Of a stretch of DNA of 64,000 nucleotides, positions 38,526 to 53,207 are shown piece by piece. Position numbers and translations under genes: made by a program. Source of the stretch: Massalongia carnosa (Eukaryota); NCBI GenBank assembly GCA_965645245.1, contig OZ287067.1, positions 3,410,001-3,474,000 of the forward strand, written 5' to 3'. Each line of letters begins with the position of its first letter. Position 1 is the stretch's first letter. The notes below the pieces were generated by a model. It saw only the letters and a program-made list of their open reading frames with translations, was not told the origin of the DNA and searched no databases.

Positions 38526-39747
38526 AAGGGGAAATACATAGTAGGCGAGGGGGGAAAGAAATAACTAGGAATGTATGAGAGCAAAATCGTGATGTGATCC
38601 TTTCTGCTGGCCTGATTGGAATGAATGACTGGTTTCTCCAACCGGCAATAGGTGGGAGTTGGCATTAACAGAACCGATCCTAATCGAGGCCTGAAGCGGA
38701 GTTGCAATGCGACTGCTGGGAGGAAGCCTTTGGCCTTCTCCTTCTTCTTCGCTTTCCACCGAGTAGAAAAGCACGTTCCTTTCGTGATCTCGACTGATGA
38801 CGACCAGCGAGATATTCTGTACACACGCCCCGATCCTCATCGATACCCGACAACTATTCAGATACATTAGCTACATAGCTGGTCTCAATGCCGGGAACCT
38901 TCAGCTGATTGGATTTTGGGGTTGTCGGGTGCGCAGAACGCCTCTTTGCGTTGCTGCGTTGTTTATGCACTCGCTCGCTATAGTTATTTCGTTACCAATA
39001 CAGAGACAGAGTACACACTTTCTTTGATTGGTGACTGGCTGGCCTGTTTATTTTGTGATATGTGAAGGCTACTCGTAGTGATTGTGCACATATGGTTAGG
39101 TGGGTGTGCGGGGTTTAGAGGGGATTTATTGTTGGTGTGTAGGTATAGAGTACAATACAGAGTACAGAGTAGTTATACCGGGGGAGCACATCATTGATGC
39201 ATCTATTGCGTAGTACTCTGTAAATAGTAGCCAATCGCTGGGTTTGAGATTGAAGATCGATTGCGCTACGACTTAAATCGAAGGCGTAACTACCTCAGTG
39301 TGTGATACATAGTACTTATTGGACGGACGGATTTCTTCCAAAACTCGGACCGCTCGACTCGGTACACTGACGTGAGGAGCCGACCTTATTGAATAGAGCT
39401 CCAATATGCAAGAATGGCGTGGACCCCTCGTTCTCTTATGCCGTTTGGATATATCTCCGCTCTGTCAGGCAGGCGGGAAACTCCCTTCAAGCAATAGAAG
39501 CGACTATACAAGACAGGTGACTTGGTCTGCTATGAAAATGATGAAGAGTCTCTTAAGCCAGGCCAGCAGTTTTACAAGACTAACTCCGCCATATCTTGCT
39601 AGAACATATGGTTCCCTTAGTGATTGTTCTATTGGAAAATTTTTCAATAACAGTAGAGGGGGAGATGGACCAGAAAAAACTTCGGGATCACATTTCAAAG
39701 ATGTCTTTAGATAATTTCATCAAATTCTTGACAAATCTATAGAGTAC

Positions 39748-42700
39748 AAGAGCCCTTCAAAAACCTTGGGCTCAAGTGCTAAAAATCGACAAAAATACGA
39801 TTGGAAAAGAATCAAACCTTTCAAGGTTAGTGGCGACTCAACCACTGCCATGCGACTCGTTGCGGCGGTTGTCAATGACGGTATGACTATAACAGTCGGT
39901 GAGATACTCTATCAGCCTATTTTGTCTGATCTAGCAGCATTCATTTCGAATCCGGAAGAAAATGCATATTTGAGACTGCATCCGTTTGCGTCGCTCAGCA
40001 CTATCGAAACCATAGATAACAGCTGTAGCGATGCAGCTTCTTGGTGCAAATTGAGTAAGGATTTAGTTATTGATATATATCCTCGCACTCCGCTTCAAGA
40101 GGGCCTTAGAGCACATTCTAAGCTGCAGGGACATTCATGGCTCATCATGTGCTCACATTTGAAAATCTCGAGGTCGAAAGAATCCGAGCAGGTTGGGAAA
40201 AGGTCATTGCATCGGATACTGCTTTGTTAACAAGATTTGTCCAAATTGATCGTATTGGATTGCTACAAGTAGTTCTAAAGGAAAGTACTGATCTCTGGCG
40301 AACTGTTAATAACCTTAACTAATTCTTTCGGAAGATAAGTTAAACTTAGTGGACTTACTGGGGCCCTCTGACACGATATACCTTTATCTCCTATCCTAGT
40401 CAGAATAAACAGCATCTTGTTTGGACTGCGCATCGTTTATTGTACGATGACTGGTCACTTTCTTTAACTCTCAGGATGGTGCGGAAGAATTACCAGGGCT
40501 TAAAATCCAGCGAACCCACTTCATTCAATCATTTCATCCAATATCTAGCTGATTCAGATCGCAATACATTTGAGATAACTGGCGCTCGCGAATGACCAAC
40601 ATCCAGTTTTTCCCAATTTCCCTCTCTTCCGTCAAGGATAGACTAGTCACGACTAGAGAGCACCTAGATATATTCAATACGGTTTTCTAAACGCTCGCCA
40701 TCGGAAATCACTAAATCAACTATCATTCAGCGCCTGTCCTAGTTGGACAGTACTCTGATTCGGACGATGTTGTTTCGGAATGACTCTTGCGGGGCGCAAT
40801 TTACCTGTTCCAGAAATTGAGAATATGACTGGGCCAACAGTTGCTAGAGTTCCTATTCGAGTAAACATGAGTAACTATCAACAACATACCGTTGATGGCT
40901 TCCTTCGAGCTGTTCAAGCCTAGTCAACTGAGGTCATTTCATTTCAACACCTAGGCCTTTCTAAGTATTAGGCGCATTAGCTGCGATACGGTAAAAGCAT
41001 ATGAGTTTTAAAACCTCCTTGTCATACAGCCAGCAGAGCCAGAGGTCGGTAGCGATCCGGTTTTCCGGCTAGAGATGACATCCCCAGACTTTGAAAAGGG
41101 TTCCACTCATGCCATGACTGTGGTGTGCACGGCGACTCCTGACGGAGCCTCAGTAACGGTTACTTTCGATGAGCTTGTGATCAGTAGTACTCAACTGGAT
41201 CGTCTATTACATTAATATGGATACATAACGTGTCAACTGAGCCTCGAAGAGCCTAGGAAAAGGATTGCTGATATGAAACTCCTCAACGCCTACGACAATT
41301 CCACAATATGGAACGCTAAAAGCAAACTTCCAGCGACAAGGGACATTTGTGCTCACCACCTAATAGGACAGCGGACGCATGAAGATCCGAATGCCTTAGC
41401 TGTGTGTGAATGGGACGGGAAATTGTTGTACGAACAATTAGACATGTTCTCATCGCGGCTAGAAAGCTATCTTAATAGTCTGGGGTTGGACCTGAGGTCT
41501 TCGTACCTCTCTACTTTGAGAAATCGGTCTGGACTATTGCGGCCATACTCGCTGTTCTGAAGGCTGGTGGAGCATTTGTGTTGCTAGGTCCTTCCCATCC
41601 GGTTACCCGATGCTTGTTGAAGCTAATGAAGGTTAACTTCGCTGATATAACCCAAACGCTAGCAACGCTCATGACGCCAGAGACGGTTCCAAGACTCAAA
41701 AAGTTCGCACTATGCGGAGGGCCGATGAGCGTTGCGCACGTGTATATGTGGACCGAGAAGGTGCAATTGATGAATGGATATGGCCCACGTGAGTGTTATG
41801 TGATAAGCGTTATCATACCCCACGTCCAATCTGATACACATTTTATGAACATTGGAAGAGCCGTTGGTGGGTTTACTTAGACAGTTGATCCCCAAGACCA
41901 TGACATCTTAATCCCCATTGGAATGATAGGAGAGCTCCTGATTGAAGGGCTGGTTCTAGCACGAGGGTACATTAACGACAGAAAGAGAGCCGAGGAGTTT
42001 TTTTGTTCAGGCCAGCCATAGTAACGCATATTTGGTAGAGTTTCAAGGCTCTACAATACTGGAGATTTGGTCAGATATAAAGATGACTTGACAATCAGCC
42101 ATATAAAGAGAAAGGATAGGCAAGTATTGATTCGAGGTCAAAGAATCGAGTTGGCCGAAATATGAAATCACCTAGAGCATTGTCTTCCATCTTTGACAGT
42201 CGATGCGGAGGCTGTGATTCCAGTAAATCAGAAACACCGGTGTTGGTAGCATTTACATGCTCAAAAGGAAAGCAGGAAGAAACTACTCAAAGCGATATGG
42301 GCAGTTTCTATTTGGGAAAGAACGAAACCATGCCCGCTTTAGTGGACGATGTTGATGAATACCTTTCACAAAATATACCTGCTTATATGATTTCATCCCT
42401 CATCGTCCCTCTGCGAAAAGTCTATAAATATTGTCTGGTAAAACCGACTGAAAGAAATTGAGCGAACTCAGTTCACAGCTACTTCTGCATCAACTCGCAG
42501 CATTCTCATATAGAAACTACAAAGAGTCAAAGGGGTAGCAGACGATCTCCTTCGACAGAAATAGAACTGTTGTTTCAACCATTATGGAGTAACCTTTTAA
42601 GTTGCGATCCGAGCTCAATAAGCTTTGATGATAGCTTTTTTTGGCCTTGGAGGAGACTCCATTATCGCTATGCGTTTTGTGGCTGCCACTCGCGCTAAGC

Positions 42701-44204
42701 GCGTCAACGTGACCGTTGCTGATGTGGTTCGTAACCCGACGCGTGGCATGCTAAGCTTCGTTGCAACAGGATCCTTTAATACACATTATACCCCCCGGAT
42801 GTCTACAGGCCATTCATCCCTCGAGAGCCGAAGAATCTTCATATCTTCCTTGAAGAGCCCCTTTCTATCGAAGCTTCATTGGAAAGGTTCTTAATTGAAG
42901 ACGTACTGGAGGCTACAGACTTTCAAGCTTGGGCTGGATTGCTTATTTTACTTTCGACTTTAATAGTGCTTTGAACATAGCAAGCATTGAGAACTGCTGT
43001 CAAAGACTTATCGGCCATCATCAGATACTTCGGACGGTATTTGTGGAGCATCAGTAACGCATGTTTCAAGATCCTCAAGCCGTATCAACTCCAGTTTCAG
43101 CATTATAGTCGAAAGATGTAGAAAAAATTCCAAGTTCCTCATACAATCAAATATAAAGCGGGAATTAGGATTGGGTCGTAACATGTTTAAGTTTATGCTC
43201 TTGAAGCAAAGTGACAATCTTCAAAGACTCGTGCTTCGGATTTCTCACGCTCTTTACGATGGCATTCCTGGCCTATACTTGTGGCGGACCTCCAAGACAT
43301 GTACTTAGGCAATAAGCCTTCTTCGCCCACTGACTTCTCCGAATTTACTAATTATATTAATGGCCCGTTTGTGCAGCGAATGTAAGATTTTTGGCGAACT
43401 TTGCTTACAGAATCTTCGATGACTCGAATGATGGAACATGCTACGCCGTCACTATCGAGATTTCCTTGCATCAGCACAGATACTCAAAGTATCCGCAATG
43501 TCGCTTTACTCCGAGAAGGAATTACCTGAGCAACAGCATGGGCAAAGGTTTTGGGGCATTTATCCGCCACAACCGACATCATTCTTGGTACGATTGGACG
43601 TAATGTTCTGCTTGATGGCATCGAGTTAGTTGCTTGGATATTGTTTAAATATCATCCCTGTCCGTGTCTTGTTCGATTCATGTCCCACTGTGTAAGCACT
43701 TCTCTCGAAAGGCAGGGAGCAGCAAGTTACAGCTCTCCCATTTAAAACGCTTGGGTTTCAGCACATCATTGACAACTGCACTTCCTGGCCCAAGGGAACC
43801 CGATTCGGCTCGTTTGTCCAACCTCAGACTCTCCCCGGGCTCATGGACGGTTTTTCTATGGGAAATATAAAGTGCAAGATCTGGGACTTTGCGCCCAAAC
43901 ACGACGCTGCGGATCTGTGGATCGGGTCGACCCCCATAAGTATGGGGATCATCTTTGAGCCGACCTTTTGTGATGACATGATACCGGGCAGCCTTACAAA
44001 GTAGATACTAAAATGTTTGTACAACACTGTAGACGTTTACTACGACCACACTCCCAAGCATCTTGTCAGAATCGTCTTCCTGGCTGCCGTTCTTCCCATT
44101 CGTGCGGTTAAATGATGATATCGTGATAAGAGTCGACTTTCTGAGCGTCGAGAGGCTGGCCATGTACAAAGATCTAACACGGGTCTCAACACTCCTTGTG
44201 CATG
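39748..44204 (+). pseudogene. Non-ribosomal peptide synthetase remnant (T-C-A-T-C), heavily decayed
   Basis: T: FKVSGDSTTAMRLV. C: DIYPRTPLQEGL and [43 protein letters not shown] and [35 protein letters not shown]. Many stops and frameshifts. Confidence 0.9.
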
Positions 44205-44283
44205 AGTATGGTGTATAAATTACGATTAGTGAAATTCATTAAATATCTAGGTAATTTAAATCAATTCTATCAATTCGTAAGAA

Positions 44284-44392
44284 TAATCGTCGGCCTCGCT
44301 TAGCGGCCTCCATACGAGGTCACGGAGGTGTACCCTTGTACACCTCGTGACCGTGACCTCGTATGGAGGCAGCTAAGCGAGGCCGACGATTA
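44284..44392. mobile_element. Near-perfect 109-bp palindrome, probable TA-flanked MITE
   Basis: 42-bp arms with 1 mismatch (TAATCGTCGGCCTCGCTTAGC[G/T]GCCTCCATACGAGGTCACGG) plus an inner stem GAGGTGTAC-CCTT-GTACACCTC; TA at both ends. Confidence 0.7.
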
Positions 44393-45124
44393 CTAGTCAT
44401 TATGACATAAATTTTCATTCGCGCATTTCTCGTTAACCTCGAGATTAATGAAAATCTATTTTATTTCAGTTCTTGAACTTGTATGTGGTATTTGTTTTCA
44501 AGCTCTTTTTTCAACATAACGAAAATCGAAATCTGCTTTATTGAATATTGTCGAACAATAGGAAATTTACACTGGAATATCATATGTTTGACGAACTGAA
44601 ATACTATCTTAAATTCGATCATCAATTGCGCAACAAGTCCAACCAACGAGCACAACACCTTAGGGGTTACAAGGCATATTGATGATGGGAAAGAACTCTC
44701 AGAGCTAGGTAGTCCCGGGTCATGTAGTCCCGTCGCGATATGAACGGCCGAGCATGGCTTAGCATCCCGCACGCGGCTGATGGCATGTTTCAAGAAGGAT
44801 TCTCGTAATCCGGGGCTATAGCTTGGATGCAAGATCCGGTCGGAGCCATCTAAGGTCTTACAGGTAAAAAACTTCTAGAACGAACTTGCTGCAAGCAAAT
44901 GGCGATTTATCTAAACAACCGATCCCTCCCACCCGTTCTTGCCGGCGCTCTGGACTTGCTTTTCCTCCAAAATGGGATGTAGAATGAGTGGGGAGGATGG
45001 GCGCGGGTCTGGCACATTTCTATTTAACACCAGGTCTGCTGCTGCCGCCCCGGATTTTTCTGTCGAGCAAGAAACAGGTCTCGTCGTCGGCCTACCTGCA
45101 TACATTTGTTTCTCTTTCTAAGAA

Positions 45125-47088
45125 ATGACTAAAAGTTGTCTTAATATGAAGCTGCTTATGCTTACCATATTTAGTGTCTTTGTTTATGTATGTAGCATAG
45201 ATGCTAGATATCTTTCCAAGAGAAAACTTCCATCCAAATCAGTCAAAGCCCTTCCACAACGGCTTGCAGATTCCGACTCCTCTAACTTAATATTTCAGAG
45301 AGCGTCATCAAGAACGGTCGCTCTTACCATTTACAATGAAGTAAGATTTCGAAATCTCTCACCTAGATAGATAAGTACTAAAATCCCGTAAAACAGATCA
45401 CTTTGTATACTATTCCTCTTAAGGTGGGATCATCTTCACAAAGTATAACAGTGACAGTCGACACTGGGTCAGCTTACCTGTGGATGAATTCCGTCTCCGT
45501 CAGTGGATGTAGCAATTGTGCTTCTAATGGCCTCTTCGATCCGAAAAAATCTACCTCTTATACCCCGGTTCCACGACCGTTTCTAGCCAAATACGAAGAT
45601 GGAGAAGTAGCATCGGGTACCTTTGCTACCGACACGATAATCCTAGGAGGCTTGTCTCTTTCTCGAGTAGAATTTGGTCTGGCATCTAAATCTCATGGAA
45701 CGTTCGGTATCCTCGGTCTGGGAAGCAATGCGGTTCAGCCTTATCCCGTTATTCCTTGGATTTTGTTCAAGCAGAAGAAACTAATCGATCTGCTCGCTTT
45801 TAGCCTTTGGCTAAACGCTGCCTCCGCGAAAACAGGCCTAGTATTGTTTGGAGGCATTGATGTAGCGAAATTTGAAGGCAAACTTACCACACTAAAGCTT
45901 CTTAGACAAGATGAGTACTCGGTGAGAGTGGACGACATATTCTTCTCCGGATCGTCGCCAGACACAAAAGCCTCCACGGGTGCTCGAGACGTCCGGTTGG
46001 ATTCTGGCTATTCCTTCAATATGCTTCCGGTCGAGTTTTTTCGGAGCATTATTATAATCACCAAAGGCGTTTGGGCTAGGGATGGGCAGTTCTATGTAAA
46101 GTGCGGTCTGTCCAAGTCGCCAATGTATCTTCAGTTCAACTTTGGTCCTACAAAGATTAGGATCCCATTGGCAGAGTTCATTTTGCCCGACGAGTCAAAT
46201 AGTGAGCTAAATCCGGATGACGATTTTTGCGTATTTACGATCCGTAGCCAGGTTAAGGGAGGCCCAATTATCCTCGGAGTCTCGTTTCTACGAAGCGCCT
46301 ACGTCGTGTACGACATGACCAACAGCCAGCTCTCCGTTGCAAAGGTTAGGTACACATCCGCAAGCAACATTGCTGAGCTCAGTGCTGGTGGCGTTGAAGA
46401 GTACTATCAAAACCAAGGTGCTGAAAATAAGGAGTTGGACTCTGAGTCGGGAGATGGCTCTAGCGAAGGAGACGCGGCTGAGACTGGAAGCCTAGATACG
46501 GCAACGGGCTTCAATAGCGTTGGTCCAGAAGATTTGCTAGCGAGTAATACCATGAATCCAGTTGATTCGCAAGCTCCCGCAAACGATATCTCTAGCCCAC
46601 TAGCGCTTACCACCCCCCAACCCGAGGCTTCGGCTCAACTGGTGCAAGATATCCCTCGGTCAAGCGTAGATACGACAAGCGGCACCGGAAGCAGTGGCGA
46701 CACCCCGCAGGACTATCAAGTCGCAGAAACACACGACCCTTCGGTCTTCGACCCTGATGCGCCCGTGATATTTCCCAGCCCTCCAGGGTCCCAGCCCGGC
46801 AACGGCGGAAATTTCCAACTCTTTCAAACCCCGACGCCCGGTGCCCAGAACGAGGGCATCGATACCATCCGTAAGGGCCCTACCGCCCCCCCCAAGTTCA
46901 ACCCCCACAATGATCCGTTCAACATCCAGCACCAGCGCATCCGCATTAGCCCTTTCCAGTGGGGCAAGAACGTGGCCAGCAACGGGAATTCTGGGGCTGG
47001 TGATGCCACGGATTCCGCGAGTAGCACTGAAGTAGCCAGTAGTAGCCAAGATGCGGATCCAGTTGGCTTGGGATTCGGAGTGTCGTGA
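45125..47088 (+). CDS. Secreted A1 aspartic protease (yapsin/candidapepsin-like) with a long acidic S/T/P-rich tail; 2 exons
   Basis: Signal peptide, KR pro-site and an intron at about 45341-45397. Motifs VDTGSAYLW, FDPKKSTSY, GILGLG, LDSGYS and ILGVSFLRSAYVVYD. Confidence 0.92.
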
Positions 47089-47724
47089 CACCAGGCGAGA
47101 TCGGCTAAGGTTTGTTTTATCTTCGATGGGGAGAAAAACAAGTTTTTTATAAATAGTATTTATGGATAAGTATATATAAAAACCCTTTTCACCACTTCAC
47201 AACCGCCTGTTTTGCTTTCCCCAAATTGCCAAACACATCGCTCTATAACAAAAGCCATCACCACCACCTCTCTTGCTACCACCAGGGGATACAGGGCGCA
47301 TTGACAGGTATTTACACAATCCAACCACTTTTTTTGAAAGTAAACCCCCATAAATAGCCATAAAAACACAACTCACCCACCCACCCACCCACACATCCTC
47401 AGCTAACTAGCCTATCCCGAGCATATCGTGCGCCCCGCTCAGCCAAGGCGAGTTCTCGATGTCGATCTGTGATGGGATTATGTATGTTTTCTATTTCTTT
47501 TTCTTTTTTGGAATCGCTTGCCCTGGACGATTTAAAGTTGCTATAGCTATAGCTATAGGTTTTAGGGGGGGGGTTTTGCTTAGCTGGAAATGGGTAGGGA
47601 TATGAATTATTATATAATATCTTGTAGAGGTAGGTAGACAGCGATGGTTTTTGCGTACAGTATTGCCGCTCTTTATGCAGCCCCTGGATTTAGTTAGCTA
47701 GTTGGTTAGTTGAATGTTTCGTGT

Positions 47725-47750
47725 ACATACATACATACATACATACATAC
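47725..47750. repeat. (ACAT)n microsatellite
   Basis: Directly visible, about 6 copies. Confidence 0.9.
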
Positions 47751-49444
47751 GTAGGCAACCGGTGGCACAGTAGGTATATATCTACCCTACTAGAAAAGAC
47801 CGGGCTGAAGTTCCTGTCCAATTACCCCCCGCCCCCCCTCTTTTTTTTTTGGGCGCAGGGATCGTTATTATTTCTTACGATATGTATATGTTTAAAAGAG
47901 GGCAAGAAGGGGTTCGTTTTAGCGAGCGGATTTGATCGAGGTTGATATAGAGGAAAGGAAGGTTGGAGGTCTTGGGGGGTTAAATGGAGTGAGATGGATA
48001 GATGGGGGCGCATTTTGTTGGTTGTGGGGTATTTTGGGGGTTGGGCGAATTTATTCGAGGGGAAAGGGGAGGATGAGATGAGATGAGAGGGAAGGAGGAG
48101 TGGTTGGGGGAGACTTTCATCAGGGATTCGACATATGCTCGATTGGGGTTCTGGATCTTCAATGCCCGTTTTTTGCTATTGGGTGGAATGTCGATACCTG
48201 ATACGCCTTTCGTAGTTCCCTACCCATGAAGTCATCGAACCATAGAAAATGAGTCGAACAGTCCCGAGAGCAAGGTATGCATGAGCTAGTCATGATGAGC
48301 AAAGAAAAAACCAAAGTCCCAAGGAAGAAGTCAAGGCCTAGACGCCTTGAATATGGCGTTACTTATCTGCTCTCCCTAGCTCCAACCTCCCCTTTCTTTC
48401 AAAATTATTCAGGCCCGTTTTCGGAGGGATTTCATGACTCAATGAGCTAGCGGAGGCTATTTTCTATTATTTTTTGGGGGGAGATCAGAACGGAGATGAA
48501 CCTCCCTCCACGGAAGATTCCGGTTGGATCGAGTGGCTTGTGAGTGCTGAGAAGTAACCGGTGGGAGGACTGGATTGGCTTCTGTTTAAAATAGGAGGGA
48601 TGGATGGAGAATGATGGACCCAATGCACAGAATAAGCATCGAAGATACCAGAAATTCTCAGATGTAACTATTCCCATATCAGTAAAGTACGCGAAGGCAT
48701 TCGCATATTACATCAGATATGATCCAGCTGGCTTGGCATTCGCAACACTCAGCGTTCATATATTCTTTTCCCTAACCCGATAGTCCATAGTTCAGATTTC
48801 TGGCTGAAGCCAACGTAGTCCAAAGTCAATCTTGCTGCCTTGTCGATCCTTGGATGGATACGGCCCGCTTCCATGTGACAAAGATGAAACATGAAGAGGG
48901 AACTTTGTTGCTAATACATGAGGTGGATATGCTACGAAGCAGCGTAAGCGTTGGATTCTGTAATGTGGACACATTCGCTGTCAACGAGCAAATGAGCTTG
49001 GGGGATGCGGAATGGGCCTGCCTTAGTCTCATTGATCTTTTCTCGATACCAGCGTTGGCTTTCGCCCTACTTCTGGTGACGGTCATGTGTTGGTTTCGAC
49101 AAGGAAGATTGATCACCGAAGATTTGCGTGGGGGCTGCGGCGGGATTCCGTGCTATGCGTTTACATTCCCCCGATTCCGAGGACTGAGAATATTTTTGAA
49201 TACGTCCGATGATGACTTTGCTAAACGGTTGAGTTTGTCATCTGGAGGGGTTCACCCATTCAAGCCATGATACTCATGGAGTTGAAGGTTTTTGTAACGA
49301 CTTCTAACACAGAAACTCAACGCCATTGCTTTACAGAGTCTTACATCTTAAATGCCGTACACTATCGCTAATCGGCTTCGTATCCTTTGCTGTCACAATT
49401 ACATGTTTTGATCAGGAGAGATGACCCGTCGTCTCCCATTATTC

Positions 49445-50641
49445 TCAAAACTCTCTGGTATCCACCGGTGTAAACTTCTCATATCGACCTTCCCTCCAAG
49501 CAACAACCATGTAGAAACCTCCAGTAATGATGTCCGAGATGTTCATAACATCGATGATAGCCCGGAAAAATCCCACACGAGGATAGGATTGCTGGTTGGC
49601 ATTATGTTTGCGTGCTGTATACGACCTAGCACTGTAAGGCCAAAAGTAGAGCAGCGAGAAGATGAAGCACTCGCAGCACACTATCAATCCGGGTGTCCCG
49701 ATTAGCAAATCCGGTAAACTTTGTGTTTTTGTGGGCTTGATGTTGCCGGTGTTGGAGAGAATTGAGAAGATGAGGGACTGAAGGACATCAAGGAAGATAA
49801 TGAGCTTGAGAGCTAGTAGCTTCGTGATTATCTTGTAGCCGCCGAGTGCAGGTTTTAGCATCTTTGTTTGCTGGAGGATACCAACGATGCAAATTGTTGT
49901 TGAGACGGCTTGGATGATATTGATGATGGCCTGCGCTCTCTTGTGATGCTTAGACAGCTTGCATTCGGATCCGGAAATCGCGATTGTAACGATTGTAGCA
50001 ATCAGGCGGACTGGTAAATTTTGGTGTACCATTATCCAGATTTTCTGAATCGTTGTTAATTAGCATTTCCTCGCTTCTTACACAACAATGATCTATGGAA
50101 ATGCCCTACATAGTACGCTTGCCTCATTTTCAGGTGTTTCAGATTGCTAAATGGGTGAAATCCGCGGTTTTCGACAGGCGTAACATAGATGAACAAGAGA
50201 TAAAAGAAAGCAATGAGAGCAATGCTTTCGTAACATTCTCCGATCGGTTTTAGATAACCGGCAAAGTGGTAGAACCTGACACAGAGGAAGCCAAACACGG
50301 CAATTACAGCGGGAGTTATGACTATGCGAACAGTCCTATCGAGTATGAGCTTGTAGATTTCATGTGATTGAGGTTGATCGACATGATCATACTCACTGTC
50401 TCTGCTCGTGCGAGCGCGTATATGCTCGTAGATGCATAATAGTCAGTCCTCCTGATAAAAGACATGACAGGACCGTGCAGGCTGCTGACACAATGATGAT
50501 TATTCTATGATAGGTAAAGCTGCCGACGACTGGTTCTATGATATCCATAACAAGATCGTCAGTTGAGAAGTCCATATTATAATTACCAAGATGTGTACCG
50601 GGAATATAATCGAACTGGCAAGTGGCATTCGAAGCTGCCAT
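49445..50641 (-). CDS. Organic solute transporter OST-alpha / TMEM184 (DUF300) family protein, about 4 exons
   Basis: HLRAYTRSHEQRQ|TVRIVITP, ECYESIALIAFFYL, KLLALKLIIFLDVLQ and LIVCCECFIFSLLYFWPYS. Confidence 0.85.
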
Positions 50642-51475
50642 TGTGTATTGATCTTGCTCTTACAATCTATATTGTACAGCACAAACTGTGTGCGGCTCAA
50701 GAAATGCGTATAGGGTGTCTGAAGATGTGCATAATAAAGTATTGAAAATAAATCATTTGCGAGCCGCTTCATCTCTTTTAACTGCATCGGAGGAGAATAT
50801 TCTCAGGGCTGCTACTTAGAGATTGAGAAACCGAGCCACTGTGAACTACTTTGTTTGAGGAAGAGAGAGCGAAGTTCCTGACTCTCACCCCCATCCTGTA
50901 AAATACATGCGCTAGGCCATTTGCGGTCAATTGAGAGAACCAATCGCAAACAGACAAATACTGACATGCGCAAGCATCTGAGATGAAAGGCATTTGCTGC
51001 GACGTTTCTAATCTGACCGCCAACATGCCCGGCTTCTAGCCTTGATCTCTGGTAATTTAGCTAGAGGTTGTTCTGCGAATTAATTTGTCAAAGTGGCCAT
51101 TACTAAGCGAGCTCGGCCCTCAGCCCTGTCACTCTGTATATAGTCATCTCCCTTTTCTGTAGTAGCAAGCAAGGTCTTCGCCCATCATCATCTATCTGAC
51201 ATAATTCCATGCCTTGTTAAGACGCTGTTTGGCCGCACAATTTGCTCAAAATAGATTGTTGTTGCCAGACTTCCTTCCCGGGCCAGCTTGGAAACCATGA
51301 CTTGGCTCTCTGCATCAGCTGAACCAACAATAAGCTAAACCCATCGTACAGCAATGCCAAATATGTGATACTTCAGAGTGGGATATGTGATGAAGGAGCG
51401 GTTAAGCGCTGTAGCTTAGGCAACCAGTATCCAAATTCCGCCTTTCGCAACCCTATTTTCGCCATAAATTTCACT

Positions 51476-53207
51476 TCAAACCCCATAAATCTCACTTCGA
51501 ATGAAAGAGCACACTGTGTCAACCCACTCTGCTCCTAGGTTCTCATCTGGATATTCGGGAAATGCATGCAAGCACGCGCTGGCAACCATTAGAGGGCTCA
51601 GAAGAAAATAACCACGCATCCCACAAATCTCCTGCTCTGACGCTGCTACAGACTTGCCAGAAATGGAGACAATAAAATGTGAGAGCACCGATGAGCGAAT
51701 TCCATTGACGAGTTCTCTAATAACAAATAAGGGGTGGGCGAAGTCCGGGGAATTTTCATCGCCGTATATTGGGAACATCTTGCGGCTGCTTAGGATAGAT
51801 CTGTTGAGCAGTATTCGCAACATTCGATAGAGATTCCATCCGTAAGCCGTTTGGAGAGAGGCGTACTGATGCATCACAAGAGGAGCCCCAGGATGCTGTA
51901 GAAGTGCTTTAACCCAGCGATGTTGTCCTGCCTCTGGGTTAAGCAAAATTCCAAAAGAGAAGAACGACGGCAAGTTGCTCGCCCAATCTGCAAGTGCTGA
52001 ATCCAGAAGCCTCATCCTCCGAAGAATTAACAGGGCCTGGTTAGAATTAACGATGATGTTTGCAGCCGTGAATTCTCTCCAAGATGCCAGAAGGTCAGCT
52101 CCTTGATGCATGAGCCCCGTTAGTCGGATTATTGGGAATTCAGTGTCATAATATTTCCGCAGCGTATCAAACGGAAGGTATGATCCGCGGCCAATTCGAA
52201 GACAGCAGGCTAGCTAAAGATCACCAACTCGCATGAGTCCCTCTAAAACTTATACAACAGAATTCAGCTGGTGTACTAACTAGCTGTATGTTAATTATCT
52301 GGAAAATTTGATATTTGTAATCTTCTTCTGGCTTGGGGATACTGCGAAGCTTCAAGAGGGCAGCCAGCCCGTACGCGTGTGCACCCCAAAATCGCGAGTT
52401 ATTGCCTCCTGTACTCATGTTCTGTAAATCAAGATGATGTGAGTATCGCTCCAATATTATAGGCAGAACGGAAAGCAAGTATCCTTGTTTTATTGCAACA
52501 GTTGATGTAGGCTTGAGAAAAAAGAAAGAATTACTTCGTATATTCCAAGCAAATGCACAGCCATGAGGACTTGATCAGACCTTGCTGTTACCTCATTCCG
52601 CGTTGCCTTGTTTACAAGCGAGAGAGACTGTATGTAGAACTTCTTTCCGAGTAATTGGCACTTTTCTACCAATGGGGCCGACCGGCGATGAAAATTAGAG
52701 TACGAAACGGCAGAAACAGCGGCATGTAAGCAAGATGCGGGATCTGATTGACGGTATAGCTGTGGAAAATAATCCAACACGCCCCTTTGAGGATTGAAAC
52801 GATCTGTAGGAATGCAGAAGTCGAAAAGCCAACGATTAAGGGCACACTCATGGAGATCAGTGCGTAATAGAGGTCCAGGAGAGGGAGCATCGCGTTGGGA
52901 GCCGCTTACGAGCGCGAGTACCGGAGCCCTCCTGGGTTTTGCTCTCTGGCGCCAGGTATTTTGAGCTCTTCGAGCCACTTGCGTTGTCTCGTTACGAAAA
53001 GAAAGGTCCACCAGGTTTCGATACTGACAATCGCTCCCGGATTTGAGGCATTTTTGACATGATGGTCTCGACTCATCGCACTAGATCAGTGCTAAATCAG
53101 TTTAGTTGCTTGAGCAGATATCATTTACGGCGATCTATCACCTTAACCTTCCGGGCTCTGCATATTTCACAGCCCTTGCTGGGTTTACCGCGGTATTCGC
53201 GGGACAT
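51476..53207 (-). CDS. Zn(II)2Cys6 fungal transcription factor
   Basis: MSREYRGKPSKGCEICRARKVK|CDETRPSCQKCLKSGSDCQYR...DLSFRNET, followed by a fungal TF middle region (AVSAVSYS, LMAVHLLGIYE, HAYGLAALLKLR). Confidence 0.92.

Noticed and set aside
48447..49270. ORFs of 60-138 aa downstream of the OST-alpha gene
   Set aside because: No motif, signal or exon support that I could identify.
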